Shown here piece by piece: positions 39,249 to 49,087 of a stretch of DNA of 64,000 nt. The stretch spans positions 69,175-133,174 of the forward strand of contig CAYUAI010000001.1 of assembly GCA_964442745.1 (NCBI GenBank), in the 5' to 3' direction. The notes beneath the pieces were generated by a model. It saw nothing but the letters and a program-made list of their open reading frames with translations, did not search any database and was not told the origin of the DNA. Within the stretch, counting starts at the first letter, position 1. Every line of letters starts with the position of its first letter. A program made the translations under genes and the position numbers. This DNA comes from an uncultured Chromatiales bacterium. Lineage in GTDB: Bacteria > Pseudomonadota > Gammaproteobacteria > S012-40.

Positions 39249-40446
39249 CAAATCACTCCTGCTTGGATTTATTGCCGTATGTGGAAGCTTTATGGCATCC
39301 ACCGCCAATTGTTTGGCGATCAACTTGACCGACACCATTCAAATTCACGGCTTTGCCAGCCAAACGCTGATTCGCACCTCGAAAAATAATTTCTTTGGCG
39401 ATAGTGACAGCGGCGGTGGTAGCTTAGACTTTCGAGAAATTGGTCTAAACGGCTCCATGCAAATCACCGCTGACTTACATCTTTTTGGTCAACTCATTTC
39501 ACGGCGTGCCGGACAAAACGATGATGGAGATATTCAACTTGACTATGGCGTTATCGACTATAATTTCTACTCTCAAGCAAACTCAAGAGCCTCCCTCCGC
39601 CTCGGCCGTATTAAAGTGCCTTACGGATTTTATAATGAAACACGCGACGTGCCCGTCACGCGTCCAAGCGTGTTTCTCCCCCAATCAATTTACTTTGAGC
39701 GCAGTCGAAACCTGACATTATCCGCAGACAGTTTGTTATTGGCCAGCGCTTATCGTACTAACGCCGGAGAAATCTCCTTTGAATTTGGCGGCGGCTCCCC
39801 CAATGTGGATGATACCAACATCGAACATGCTATATTGGGCAAAGATTTGCCAGGGAAATTGCGCGAAGACATCTCTTATTCCGGCAGAATACAATATCAG
39901 CAAAACAATGAACAATATCGTGTCTCACTAACTCATTCCCAACTCAATATAAAATATAAACAAGCCGGTCAAGCCAATAAATACGGACCTGGAAAAATCA
40001 AATTTACCCCATGGATTGCCTCACTGCAAATTAACGACGAGTTTTGGAGCATTACCATGGAATACGCTCGACGAAAATTCAACCGAAATGGTTTTAACGA
40101 TACTGGTCTCGATCGAATTACGACAGGAGAAAGTTACTATATACAGGGACGCTACCGATTATTGAAAAACCTAGAAGCCATTTTTCGTTACGACGTGTTA
40201 TACCACGATATCAAAGATCGCAGCGGCACTAAAAATGCTTTGGATAGTAGCAAACCTCGCCATAGTTTTTTCGCCAAAGACTGGACCCTTGGCTTAAGTT
40301 GGAGCATCAATCGATATATCCAACTGCGCAGTGAAATTCACTTTATCGACGGAACGGGCTGGCTGCCACAAAGCGATAACTCTGACGCCAACGAAACTCA
40401 ACGCCGCTGGCGATTATTCGCGCTCTCGGCCACTTACTCTTTTTAA
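39217..40446 (+). CDS. Predicted outer-membrane beta-barrel protein
   Basis: 409 aa. The ATG has an AGGAG RBS and overlaps the upstream gene by 32 nt. The signal peptide ends ANCLA. Alternating amphipathic strands are rich in Y/G/R, and the C-terminus is ...LSATYSF, with the terminal Phe typical of OMPs. Confidence 0.6.
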   Translation: MTRFGLYKSNNKSLLLGFIAVCGSFMASTANCLAINLTDTIQIHGFASQTLIRTSKNNFFGDSDSGGGSLDFREIGLNGSMQITADLHLFGQLISRRAGQNDDGDIQLDYGVIDYNFYSQANSRASLRLGRIKVPYGFYNETRDVPVTRPSVFLPQSIYFERSRNLTLSADSLLLASAYRTNAGEISFEFGGGSPNVDDTNIEHAILGKDLPGKLREDISYSGRIQYQQNNEQYRVSLTHSQLNIKYKQAGQANKYGPGKIKFTPWIASLQINDEFWSITMEYARRKFNRNGFNDTGLDRITTGESYYIQGRYRLLKNLEAIFRYDVLYHDIKDRSGTKNALDSSKPRHSFFAKDWTLGLSWSINRYIQLRSEIHFIDGTGWLPQSDNSDANETQRRWRLFALSATYSF

Positions 40447-40631
40447 TCCGAACCTGATGGAAATAACACCCATGATAAACATCAGTCATGACAGACTTTC
40501 TAGCCCGCTTCAATGTGCTAGGATGGGTTAATATCGTTTTGATTTCGGTCTGAATTTAAGCGTAGCTAACACTTTGCCTAATTTATTGAAGTGAAAAACT
40601 TTAAACGACTAAGCCACCTGCCAAATTATTT

Positions 40632-43535
40632 ATGATAGAAAGGAAACTAAAAAAATTATCAATACCCCCATACTTAAGCCTTAAATGGAAAGCCGTTTTA
40701 ATTCTGGGTTTATTATTACTGTGTATTAACGCCGTGTTTCCCATCATTAATTACACCGGCTTAAAATCACAATTCATCGAGCAGCGTAAACAACAACATA
40801 TACGTTTTAACATTGAAATCACCGAACTCATCCAACAGGCTTTTATTAGCTTACAAAAAGTTGGCGGTATATTGCCTTCCCTGGAAGGCATGAATAAAGC
40901 ACTTAATATTTTTGATGCAGAATCCCTATTTGAGCACTTTAATGTTCATTGGTACCCATTACAAATCGAACAAAACATTGATACCATTGGTTTTTTTAAT
41001 GCCCATGGCAAACTGGTTGCTGATTGGGGACAAACCAATCATTTACAAAACCAACCAGAGCTTGCCCTGCTCGCTAAAAAAGCCATCGATCTAGAGCAAC
41101 CCTTGCCATTACTCGACTGCCGTGATAGCTGTATCCAGTTTGCCGTCGTACCGTTATTAAATGATGGCTTGACTGTCGGTGCCGCGATCATTGGCTCGTC
41201 ATTAGCCGATGCCATATTAAGCTTCAAACAGTTTACCGACGTTGATGTCGGTATTTTAGTAAAGACCAATCAAAATAATGCGACGCACCCCATCAATCAT
41301 AGCGACTTAACCCAAGCCAACTGGCGCTCTCGCATTACCGCATTAACCGACCTTTCAAAAAATATTCCGTTGATCCGTATCGCCGCGGAACAAACATCAT
41401 CCATTCACGATACACGTAGAGGCGTCGTAGTCCAATATGAGCAACGCGCTTTCGAAATCAAAGCCACCCGCTTTGAAAACTTCGCCATTATTGGAGAAGG
41501 CTATATTGTCACCATTGCCGATGTCACCGATTATTTAGCAGAAATTGATGCGGCAGCGGTGCAAAATATAGGAACAGGCATTATCGGACTACTGTTATCT
41601 TCATCAGCGCTGCTATTGATTCTTTGGCAACCTCTCACACGACTCAAAAATACTGCCTCTAACTTACCATTGCTGGCAGAAAGAGCCTTTAACGACGCAC
41701 GAATCAACATTAAAAAATCTCACCATCGATCTTATTTAAAAGATGAAATTGATTTGATGAGCCAAACCGCCATTGACCTTTCCTACCAATTAGAAGACTT
41801 GGAAAATGAAGTCCAAGCGCAAACAAGTTCGCTGGCAGATAAAGTCCAGGAACTTGCCAGTGAAAGAGACTTCATCAAACATTTATTTGATAATGCGCAA
41901 GTCATTATTATTACCCAAGACAAATTGGGTAATATCTTGCTAATCAATGACTATGGGTCAAAAACCACCGGTTATACCAACGAAGACCTGACGGGTAAAA
42001 GTTTTTCAAAAACACTGAGCAATATTAATAACATTTCCAGCCACAATCGCTTATTAACCGAAGTGGCACTGGGTATTCGCCAGCAAATTCAACTGGAAAC
42101 CACCGTGACTTGTAAACATGGCGCAAAGCGTAATGTGGTTTGGTTACATTCCCATTTAAACGCCTCAAGCAATAAAGATCCGGTGATGTTATCCGTTGGA
42201 CTTGACATTACTGAACGAAAAGAAGCTGAGCACCGCCTCGCTTGGCTCGCGGACCATGATCCACTCACTGGACTTTTCAATCGGCGCCGTTTACAAGAAG
42301 AAATTGAGAGAATCCTAGAGCAAGGTAAGCGATACAAACACACCGGTGCAATTTTTTTCATTGACCTTGATCAATTTAAATTTATCAACGATACCAGTGG
42401 ACATCAGGCCGGTGACACGCTGCTCATTGAAGTGTCACAGAAATTAAAAAAACTGCTGCGAAGCTCAGATATCCTCGCACGATTGGGCGGCGATGAATTC
42501 ACCATTGTTATTCCAGAAATTGATCAAGAAGACACCATCAACGTTGCGCAAAAAATCAATGAAGAATTAGACAATATCGAACTCTCCATTGGAAAAAGAA
42601 GACACAAGGTCTCCGCCAGCATTGGCATTGCCCTCTTTCCTGAACATGGCCAAGATACCAAGAACCTATTATCGAATGCGGATCTTGCGATGTATCGCGC
42701 TAAAGATGCCGGACGCGGTCGATGGCACTTATTCACCAACGATGAATTTGATAAAGAACGATTGCATGCACACGTATATTGGAAGCAGCGTATTGAAAAT
42801 GCACTCGTTGAAAATCGTTTTACATTATTGTTTCAGCCTATTTTGGACATCACAACCGATCATATATCACATTATGAAGTCCTTCTCAGAATGCAAGACA
42901 GTCAAGGTAATCTATTAGCCCCGGGCATGTTCATTGAGGTAGCAGAGCGCACCGGACTCATACGCGCCATCGACCATATGGTTCTGCATCAAGCATTCAT
43001 TAAAATTGCGGAATTCAATTTATCCTCAAGCATACATACTTTTTCGGTTAACCTTTCGGCCCATTCGTTTAATGACTCAGAGTTATTGCCTCTAATCAAA
43101 AAATTATTAAAACAGACACAGCTACCACCCGAGCATATCATTTTTGAAGTCACCGAAACGGCCGCACTTGCCGATCTCACCGGTTCACGCACTTTAATGC
43201 ATGCCATTAAAAAATTAGGCTGCCAATTCGCATTGGATGATTTTGGTGTCGGCTTTTCGTCTTTTAACTATTTAAAAGAACTTCCCTTTGATTACATAAA
43301 AATTGACGGTTCTTTTATTCGTCAAATTGCGCAAAATTATGATGATCAAATACTCGTTAAAGCCTTATGCGATGTGGCCAAAGGTTTCGGCAAAAAAACC
43401 ATTGCCGAGTTCGTGGAAACGGAAGAGACACTGAATATTTTACGAGAATACCAAGTGGATTATGCGCAAGGTTATCATATTGGCACACCCTCTGCTTCTC
43501 TAGTAACAAGTGACGAGTTTTCATTAAATTATTAG
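40632..43535 (+). CDS. Membrane sensor diguanylate cyclase/phosphodiesterase (periplasmic domain-PAS-GGDEF-EAL)
   Basis: 967 aa with two TM segments flanking a periplasmic region of about 270 aa, then a coiled coil and a PAS domain. The GGDEF domain has an RSSD I-site 5 residues before GGDEF. The EAL domain carries YEVLLRM, EVTET, DDFGVGFSS, KIDGSF, AEFVETEE and AQGYHIG. Confidence 0.95.
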   Translation: MIERKLKKLSIPPYLSLKWKAVLILGLLLLCINAVFPIINYTGLKSQFIEQRKQQHIRFNIEITELIQQAFISLQKVGGILPSLEGMNKALNIFDAESLFEHFNVHWYPLQIEQNIDTIGFFNAHGKLVADWGQTNHLQNQPELALLAKKAIDLEQPLPLLDCRDSCIQFAVVPLLNDGLTVGAAIIGSSLADAILSFKQFTDVDVGILVKTNQNNATHPINHSDLTQANWRSRITALTDLSKNIPLIRIAAEQTSSIHDTRRGVVVQYEQRAFEIKATRFENFAIIGEGYIVTIADVTDYLAEIDAAAVQNIGTGIIGLLLSSSALLLILWQPLTRLKNTASNLPLLAERAFNDARINIKKSHHRSYLKDEIDLMSQTAIDLSYQLEDLENEVQAQTSSLADKVQELASERDFIKHLFDNAQVIIITQDKLGNILLINDYGSKTTGYTNEDLTGKSFSKTLSNINNISSHNRLLTEVALGIRQQIQLETTVTCKHGAKRNVVWLHSHLNASSNKDPVMLSVGLDITERKEAEHRLAWLADHDPLTGLFNRRRLQEEIERILEQGKRYKHTGAIFFIDLDQFKFINDTSGHQAGDTLLIEVSQKLKKLLRSSDILARLGGDEFTIVIPEIDQEDTINVAQKINEELDNIELSIGKRRHKVSASIGIALFPEHGQDTKNLLSNADLAMYRAKDAGRGRWHLFTNDEFDKERLHAHVYWKQRIENALVENRFTLLFQPILDITTDHISHYEVLLRMQDSQGNLLAPGMFIEVAERTGLIRAIDHMVLHQAFIKIAEFNLSSSIHTFSVNLSAHSFNDSELLPLIKKLLKQTQLPPEHIIFEVTETAALADLTGSRTLMHAIKKLGCQFALDDFGVGFSSFNYLKELPFDYIKIDGSFIRQIAQNYDDQILVKALCDVAKGFGKKTIAEFVETEETLNILREYQVDYAQGYHIGTPSASLVTSDEFSLNY

Positions 43536-43589
43536 AGACACATCGCAACCATACCTAACAACGGTTGTGAACAACGCAAAGGGTTAGAG

Positions 43590-44312
43590 ATGAACACTGC
43601 AATGATAAATAGAATTCAAATGAAACACAGCAATTTGTCGTTACAAGCACTGGACAAACGAATCACGACATTACCACTTAAGCGTAATTTAAGCTCAATC
43701 CCAACATCCTATTTCCCCGGTAAAAAACAATACCGCATTAGCTCAGTGCATAACCAAAAAGATCGTGACGATGTTTATCGTTTAGTGCATGATGCTTACG
43801 TTGAGCAAGGCTATGCGGAACCACAAAAAGAAGGCAAACTCGTTTATTTTGAAAACTTAGATAATTTAAAAGAAACGACCATTTTAATTGCACACGACGG
43901 TGACAAACCCATTGGCACCGTCTCTGTCACCTTAGATAATAAACACAGCGTACCCATGGATGGAGCATTCATACAAGAATATGAGGCTATTCGTCAAGAA
44001 AATCGAAAAATTGCTATCGTGTGGCGTCTTGTGGTTCACAAAGAATATCGATCAAGCCATAAACTCGTTATCGAGTTAATAAAAAATGCAATCATTGTGG
44101 CTTCTTATGCCGGTGCCACCACCAATGTGTCAGTACTTAACCAAATTCATGAAAGCTTCTATCAAAAAATTTTTGGTATGCGAGTCATTGCCCGCAGCAA
44201 TCAACTTATCAGCCTGAGTAATTTGCCTGCCGCCTTAATGCGATGTGACAAAGAAACCTTCCCTAAAAAATGGCTCGATCACACCCAACCTTCCTGTCGT
44301 TTTGTATCTTAA
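43590..44312 (+). CDS. GNAT-superfamily acyltransferase, FeeM / N-acyl amino acid synthase-like
   Basis: 240 aa. The N-terminal pattern (KDRDDVYRLVHDAYVEQGYAEPQ) and central block (IVWRLVVHKEYRSS) resemble the autoinducer-synthase-like N-acyl synthase family (FeeM, TIGR03694-type). This rests on motif recognition only. Confidence 0.5.
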   Translation: MNTAMINRIQMKHSNLSLQALDKRITTLPLKRNLSSIPTSYFPGKKQYRISSVHNQKDRDDVYRLVHDAYVEQGYAEPQKEGKLVYFENLDNLKETTILIAHDGDKPIGTVSVTLDNKHSVPMDGAFIQEYEAIRQENRKIAIVWRLVVHKEYRSSHKLVIELIKNAIIVASYAGATTNVSVLNQIHESFYQKIFGMRVIARSNQLISLSNLPAALMRCDKETFPKKWLDHTQPSCRFVS

Positions 44313-44393
44313 TCAAGAGATCATTTCCCCCTTGGCAGATAGCTCGAACACAGATACATGGATGTACTTTCGATTTAACAAGTAAAAAATAAT

Positions 44394-47300
44394 CTATACA
44401 GACCGGCCTGAATTATTTTTTAATACTTGCCCCCACTGATCTCTCAATCGCTTGATAGAAACAGGAAATGACGTTTTTAATTCTTGCGCAAAAAAAGATA
44501 CCCGCATTTCTTCAATCATCCATCGAAATTTTTCAAATTCAGGATCGCTAACCTTTTGTAAGGCTTGTTTATCGAAATGTGATTTACAATACTCCCATAA
44601 CGGTAACAATTGTAATCTCTGATTTTGATCACGCTCGGGCAGGCTTGAAAATTTCTCAATCCGTTTATTGATGGCACGCAAATAGACAGGCAACCGGCGC
44701 AACCAAATTTTATCGGTCTCTGCCACAAAACCATCATAGATCAAATACTTCAATTGATCATTGATATCTTGCCATGTATCGCTGGTTACCCTAGATTTGT
44801 TTTTCTTCATTTGCTGCATCAGCTGATGATATTCCGCCAACACCCGACCAATAAGCGTACAAAACGTATTCGCTTCGTCAATTAATAACGCTTGTCCGGC
44901 GGCCAGTTTTTTTTCAAATTCATCTTGCTGTCGGATATCCGTGCTTTTAAGTTGAAATACCTGGTCAAAAACTGCACTAACCAAGTCTTCTTTCAATGAA
45001 GAGCAAGCGCCAATGACACTGTATTGCAAACACAATTGATCGATATTAAGTAAGTTTCTCAGCAAATATTTGGTTTGTTTAGCGATGGATAACATCAATA
45101 AACGCCGCACCCCTTTTTGATGGGTAACACATGCTTCAGCCTTGTTATCTATTACCGTCAACGACACCGAATTTTGACAGTCCAATAATACCGGATAGGC
45201 TTTGATTCGTATCTCTTGATGCACCAAATCAATATGCTCAGGTATATGACCAAAATCCCACGCTAAAATATTCTCACGCTGCCACGACGTTTTTGGTAAT
45301 GCTTGAAACACGGCTTGTGTCCGATTGCCTAATTCTGTCCGTAACTTATCTAAATCTCGACCCATCGCCAATATTTTATTTTTTTCGTCGACAATTTCAT
45401 AACGCATAAACAAATAATCCGGCATATTTTCGAAATTCCAACTATCGATGGGAATATCGACTCCTTTGGTTTTTTTAATATATTGGGGAAGCCATTCAAG
45501 CAATGAATCATTTATTGAATCGAATTGCTGAACACACTGTTTGGCAAATGACGGAATGGGGACAAGATGCTTACGTAACAGCTTAGGCAACGACTTCAAT
45601 AGCAAATTAATTTTTTCTTCGATCAAGCCAGGCACTAAACCATCAAAATGACGATGTGTCACTTGATTCAACATAGCAAGCGGAATTTTAGTCGTCACCC
45701 CATCAGTGTTTTGACTGGGTTCAAAGTGATAGGTGAGAGGAAATACAGTTTGTTCAATGGTAAAATGATCAGGAAATCGTTCGTTAAGATGAGCGTCGGA
45801 TGATGTTTTGATTAAGCTTGCTTTATCGATAAATAAATAATTCGCGTTCTCTTTTTCTTTATCTTTTCTCCATTTTTCAAAACGTGCTCCCGAATAAATC
45901 GCTTCAGGTAATCGTTCATCAAAAAACTGGTAGATAGTCTCATCATCAACTAAAATATCTTGGCGTCGCACCTTGGCTTCCAAGTTTTTTATTTCTTGTA
46001 TCATCGATTTATTGTGCTGCATAAATGCCGCTCGCGTAAAAAAATGGCCCTCGACTAATGCCTGCTGAATAAAGATTTTTCGCGCCACTTGAGGATCAAT
46101 GGGACCATAGTTAACTTTGCGCTTAACAACCAATGTCAGTCCATATAGCGAAACTCGTTCATAGGCAGCCACTTGCGCGGGCCGTTTTTCCCAATGTACC
46201 TCATCATAACTACGTTTTACCAGGTGTGAAGCCAGCGGCTCAACCCACATCGGCTCAATTTTAGCCACGGTGCGCGCATATACCCGAGTGGTCTCCATAA
46301 TTTCCGCCGCGACCAACCATTTAGGGGAGGTTTTAAATAATGCTGACCCTGGCGAAATATTAAATTTCAGCCCACGCGCTCCCAGGTAAGTTTGGTCATC
46401 ACTCTTAACACCAATCTGTGCTAATAAACCCGATAACAAAGCACAGTGTATCGAATGATAATCTCCAACTTGCTCGCTCAAGTGTATGCCGGCGGCGGTG
46501 CAATGCGCTTTTAATTGTTTATAAACATCCCACCATTCTTTAATACGAATATAAGACAAATACTCAGACTTACACAGCTTTCTAAATTTGTTTTGCGTTA
46601 AATGCTTGGATTGCTCTTGCAAATATCCCCACAAATTAACCAACGTCATAAAGTCAGAATGCTCACCGATAAATCGCCGATGTTTTTCATCCGCTTTTTT
46701 TTGTGCATTCAAAGGTCTTTCTCTTGGATCCTGGAGGCTCAAAATTGAGGTAATAATGAGTATTTCATGTAAACAATTTTCTTTCATTGCTGTTATAATC
46801 ATGCGGCCCAGTTTAGGATCAACTGGAATTTTTGCCAGTTGTTTGCCCACTGGGGTCAGACGATTGCTATCATCGACGGCACCTAACTCATGTAACAGCT
46901 TATAACCATCTTTTATCGACCGTTTATCCGGTCGCTCAATAAACGGAAATTGCTCAATATCGCCCAAGCCAAGATAAAGCATTTGTAATATGACCGCCGC
47001 CAAATTGGTACGCAGAATTTCCGGCTCGGTATAGGGTATCCTCGCCTGATAATCTTCCTCAGAATATAAGCGTATACAAACCCCGGCACTCACTCGTCCA
47101 CATCGACCCGCCCGCTGATTAGCCGAGGCTTGCGATATTCTTTCGATCGGCAAACGTTGTATTTTAGTCCGATAGCTATATCGACTGATACGGGCAAACC
47201 CAGGATCAATCACATAACGAATGCCTGGCACCGTTAATGACGTTTCAGCCACATTGGTGGCTAACACAATACGTCGTCCTCGGTGATTCTCAAATATCCG

Positions 47301-48293
47301 CTGCTGCTCTTTAGCACTCAATCGCGCATACATCGGTAAAATTTCTGTTTCAGGTGGATGACATTTCCGCAAGGCTTCGGCCGTCTCTCGAATGTCTCTC
47401 TCGCCCGCCATAAAAATTAAGATATCACCCGGACCATAACTGACTAACTCATCAACCGCATCAATAATCCCTTGCTGTACATGATTATCCCGTTCATTAT
47501 CATCATCCCCCGACAAGGCTTGATAATAAATATCCACCGGGTATGTCCGCCCTGAAATTTCAATAATTGGCGCCTCCTCAAAGTGCTTAGAAAAGCGTGA
47601 GGTCTCGATCGTTGCTGAGGTAATAATGACTTTTAAGTCTCGACGTTTGGCTATCACTTGTTTTAAGTAACCCAACAAAAAATCAATATTTAAACTACGC
47701 TCATGCGCCTCATCAATAATAATGGTATCGTATTGATCAAGAAACTTATCCGACTGCGTTTCTGCTAACAAAATGCCATCAGTCATTATTTTAAGATAGG
47801 TTTGTTCACTGGTTTTATCAGAAAACCTAACCTTATAACCGACAGCATGCCCAAGACTCGCTTCCAATTCCGAGGCAATACGGGTCGCCACACTGCGAGC
47901 CGCCACTCGCCGCGGCTGGGTGTGGCCAATCATTCCTCGGATTCCCCGCCCCATTTCCAAACAAATTTTTGGCAATTGAGTGGTTTTTCCGGAACCGGTT
48001 TCACCACACACAATCACCACCGGATGCGCGCTTAGCGTATCCATAATCTCTTGCTTCTTTTCAAGAACCGGCAAATTATCGGAATACTGGCAAATCGGTT
48101 TGTTGGCTTGACGAATGTAAAACTTCTCAGTCGATTGGCTAATTTTTTGTTCCAGCTGAATAATCTGTGCCGAAGACAGTTTCCCTTGGGTGGCTAGTCG
48201 TTGTAAATTTTTCGTCTGTCTGCGCAGTTGATATTGATCCCGCCGCATACAGTGCTCAATTTTTTCATTAATTTCATTGAATCGTGCTTGCAT
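44394..48293 (-). CDS. hrpA: ATP-dependent RNA helicase HrpA
   Basis: About 1300 aa with DEAH-box helicase motifs (GETGSGKTT, DEAHER, SATI, TNVAETSLT, QRAGRCGR) and the long HrpA C-terminal region. I prefer the ATG at 48293 (MQARFNEI...), which avoids a 31-nt overlap with mazG. The track ORF starts at 48326. Confidence 0.95.
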   Translation of the reverse strand: MQARFNEINEKIEHCMRRDQYQLRRQTKNLQRLATQGKLSSAQIIQLEQKISQSTEKFYIRQANKPICQYSDNLPVLEKKQEIMDTLSAHPVVIVCGETGSGKTTQLPKICLEMGRGIRGMIGHTQPRRVAARSVATRIASELEASLGHAVGYKVRFSDKTSEQTYLKIMTDGILLAETQSDKFLDQYDTIIIDEAHERSLNIDFLLGYLKQVIAKRRDLKVIITSATIETSRFSKHFEEAPIIEISGRTYPVDIYYQALSGDDDNERDNHVQQGIIDAVDELVSYGPGDILIFMAGERDIRETAEALRKCHPPETEILPMYARLSAKEQQRIFENHRGRRIVLATNVAETSLTVPGIRYVIDPGFARISRYSYRTKIQRLPIERISQASANQRAGRCGRVSAGVCIRLYSEEDYQARIPYTEPEILRTNLAAVILQMLYLGLGDIEQFPFIERPDKRSIKDGYKLLHELGAVDDSNRLTPVGKQLAKIPVDPKLGRMIITAMKENCLHEILIITSILSLQDPRERPLNAQKKADEKHRRFIGEHSDFMTLVNLWGYLQEQSKHLTQNKFRKLCKSEYLSYIRIKEWWDVYKQLKAHCTAAGIHLSEQVGDYHSIHCALLSGLLAQIGVKSDDQTYLGARGLKFNISPGSALFKTSPKWLVAAEIMETTRVYARTVAKIEPMWVEPLASHLVKRSYDEVHWEKRPAQVAAYERVSLYGLTLVVKRKVNYGPIDPQVARKIFIQQALVEGHFFTRAAFMQHNKSMIQEIKNLEAKVRRQDILVDDETIYQFFDERLPEAIYSGARFEKWRKDKEKENANYLFIDKASLIKTSSDAHLNERFPDHFTIEQTVFPLTYHFEPSQNTDGVTTKIPLAMLNQVTHRHFDGLVPGLIEEKINLLLKSLPKLLRKHLVPIPSFAKQCVQQFDSINDSLLEWLPQYIKKTKGVDIPIDSWNFENMPDYLFMRYEIVDEKNKILAMGRDLDKLRTELGNRTQAVFQALPKTSWQRENILAWDFGHIPEHIDLVHQEIRIKAYPVLLDCQNSVSLTVIDNKAEACVTHQKGVRRLLMLSIAKQTKYLLRNLLNIDQLCLQYSVIGACSSLKEDLVSAVFDQVFQLKSTDIRQQDEFEKKLAAGQALLIDEANTFCTLIGRVLAEYHQLMQQMKKNKSRVTSDTWQDINDQLKYLIYDGFVAETDKIWLRRLPVYLRAINKRIEKFSSLPERDQNQRLQLLPLWEYCKSHFDKQALQKVSDPEFEKFRWMIEEMRVSFFAQELKTSFPVSIKRLRDQWGQVLKNNSGRSV

Positions 48294-48295
48294 TT

Positions 48296-49087
48296 TTATA
48301 ACGTATATTTTTTTGCTTGATCCCAATAAGCTTCCATCTCGGCGACCGATAACGCCGACATATTGCCATGTGCTTGTTTGATGACAGTTTCCATATAGCG
48401 AAAACGTTTTTCAAATTTCCGATTAGCTTTACGTAAAGCGGTCTCAGGGTCGATCTTGGCATAACGTGCGATATTCACACAGACAAACATCAAGTCACCA
48501 ATTTCTTCAGTGAATGCCTCTTCATCGTTAGCTTGCCAGGCTTCGACAGTTTCTTGCAGCTCCTCTTCGACTTTGGCAAAAATATCTTGCATGTGACACC
48601 AGTCAAAACCCGCTAACGCCGCTCTTTTTTGTAATTTATTTGCGAAGCTCACTGCGGGTAAATGATAATTCAGCCCATCGAGTAAGCTTTGACTTGATTG
48701 ATCACTTCGTTCTTGCTGTTTCAATTTTTCCCATTGCTCGGTTTGTTGCTGCGCATTGTCAATGGTTTCATCCGCAAAAACATGAGGATGGCGCCTTCGC
48801 ATTTTTTCTGTAATTTCAGTGACAATATCTTCGAAACTAAAAAGTTGCTGTTCTTTGGCAATTTGCGCATAAAAAACAATCTGGAACAATAAATCACCCA
48901 ATTCATTCGCTAATTTGTCAAATTTCCCCTGCTCAATCAATTCAGCCACTTCATAAGCTTCTTCAAGGGTATGCGGAATCAGGCTCGCAAAATTTTGTTC
49001 CCGATCCCACGGGCATCCTTGATCGGGATCACGCAAACTTGCCATTATTGCTAATAACTTATCCATTGATGTCATATCTTTTCTCAC
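48296..49087 (-). CDS. mazG: Nucleoside triphosphate pyrophosphohydrolase MazG
   Basis: 263 aa with tandem MazG domains (CPWDREQNFASLIPHTLEEAYEV, EELGDLLFQ / EEIGDLMF). It overlaps relA by 4 nt. E. coli has the same relA...mazG linkage. Confidence 0.93.
   Translation of the reverse strand: MRKDMTSMDKLLAIMASLRDPDQGCPWDREQNFASLIPHTLEEAYEVAELIEQGKFDKLANELGDLLFQIVFYAQIAKEQQLFSFEDIVTEITEKMRRRHPHVFADETIDNAQQQTEQWEKLKQQERSDQSSQSLLDGLNYHLPAVSFANKLQKRAALAGFDWCHMQDIFAKVEEELQETVEAWQANDEEAFTEEIGDLMFVCVNIARYAKIDPETALRKANRKFEKRFRYMETVIKQAHGNMSALSVAEMEAYWDQAKKYTL

Noticed and set aside
48294-48326. 31-nt overlap between the hrpA 5' end and the mazG 3' end
   Set aside because: It is probably an artefact of the longest-ORF rule. 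An in-frame ATG at 48293 (MQARFNEI...) removes the overlap.
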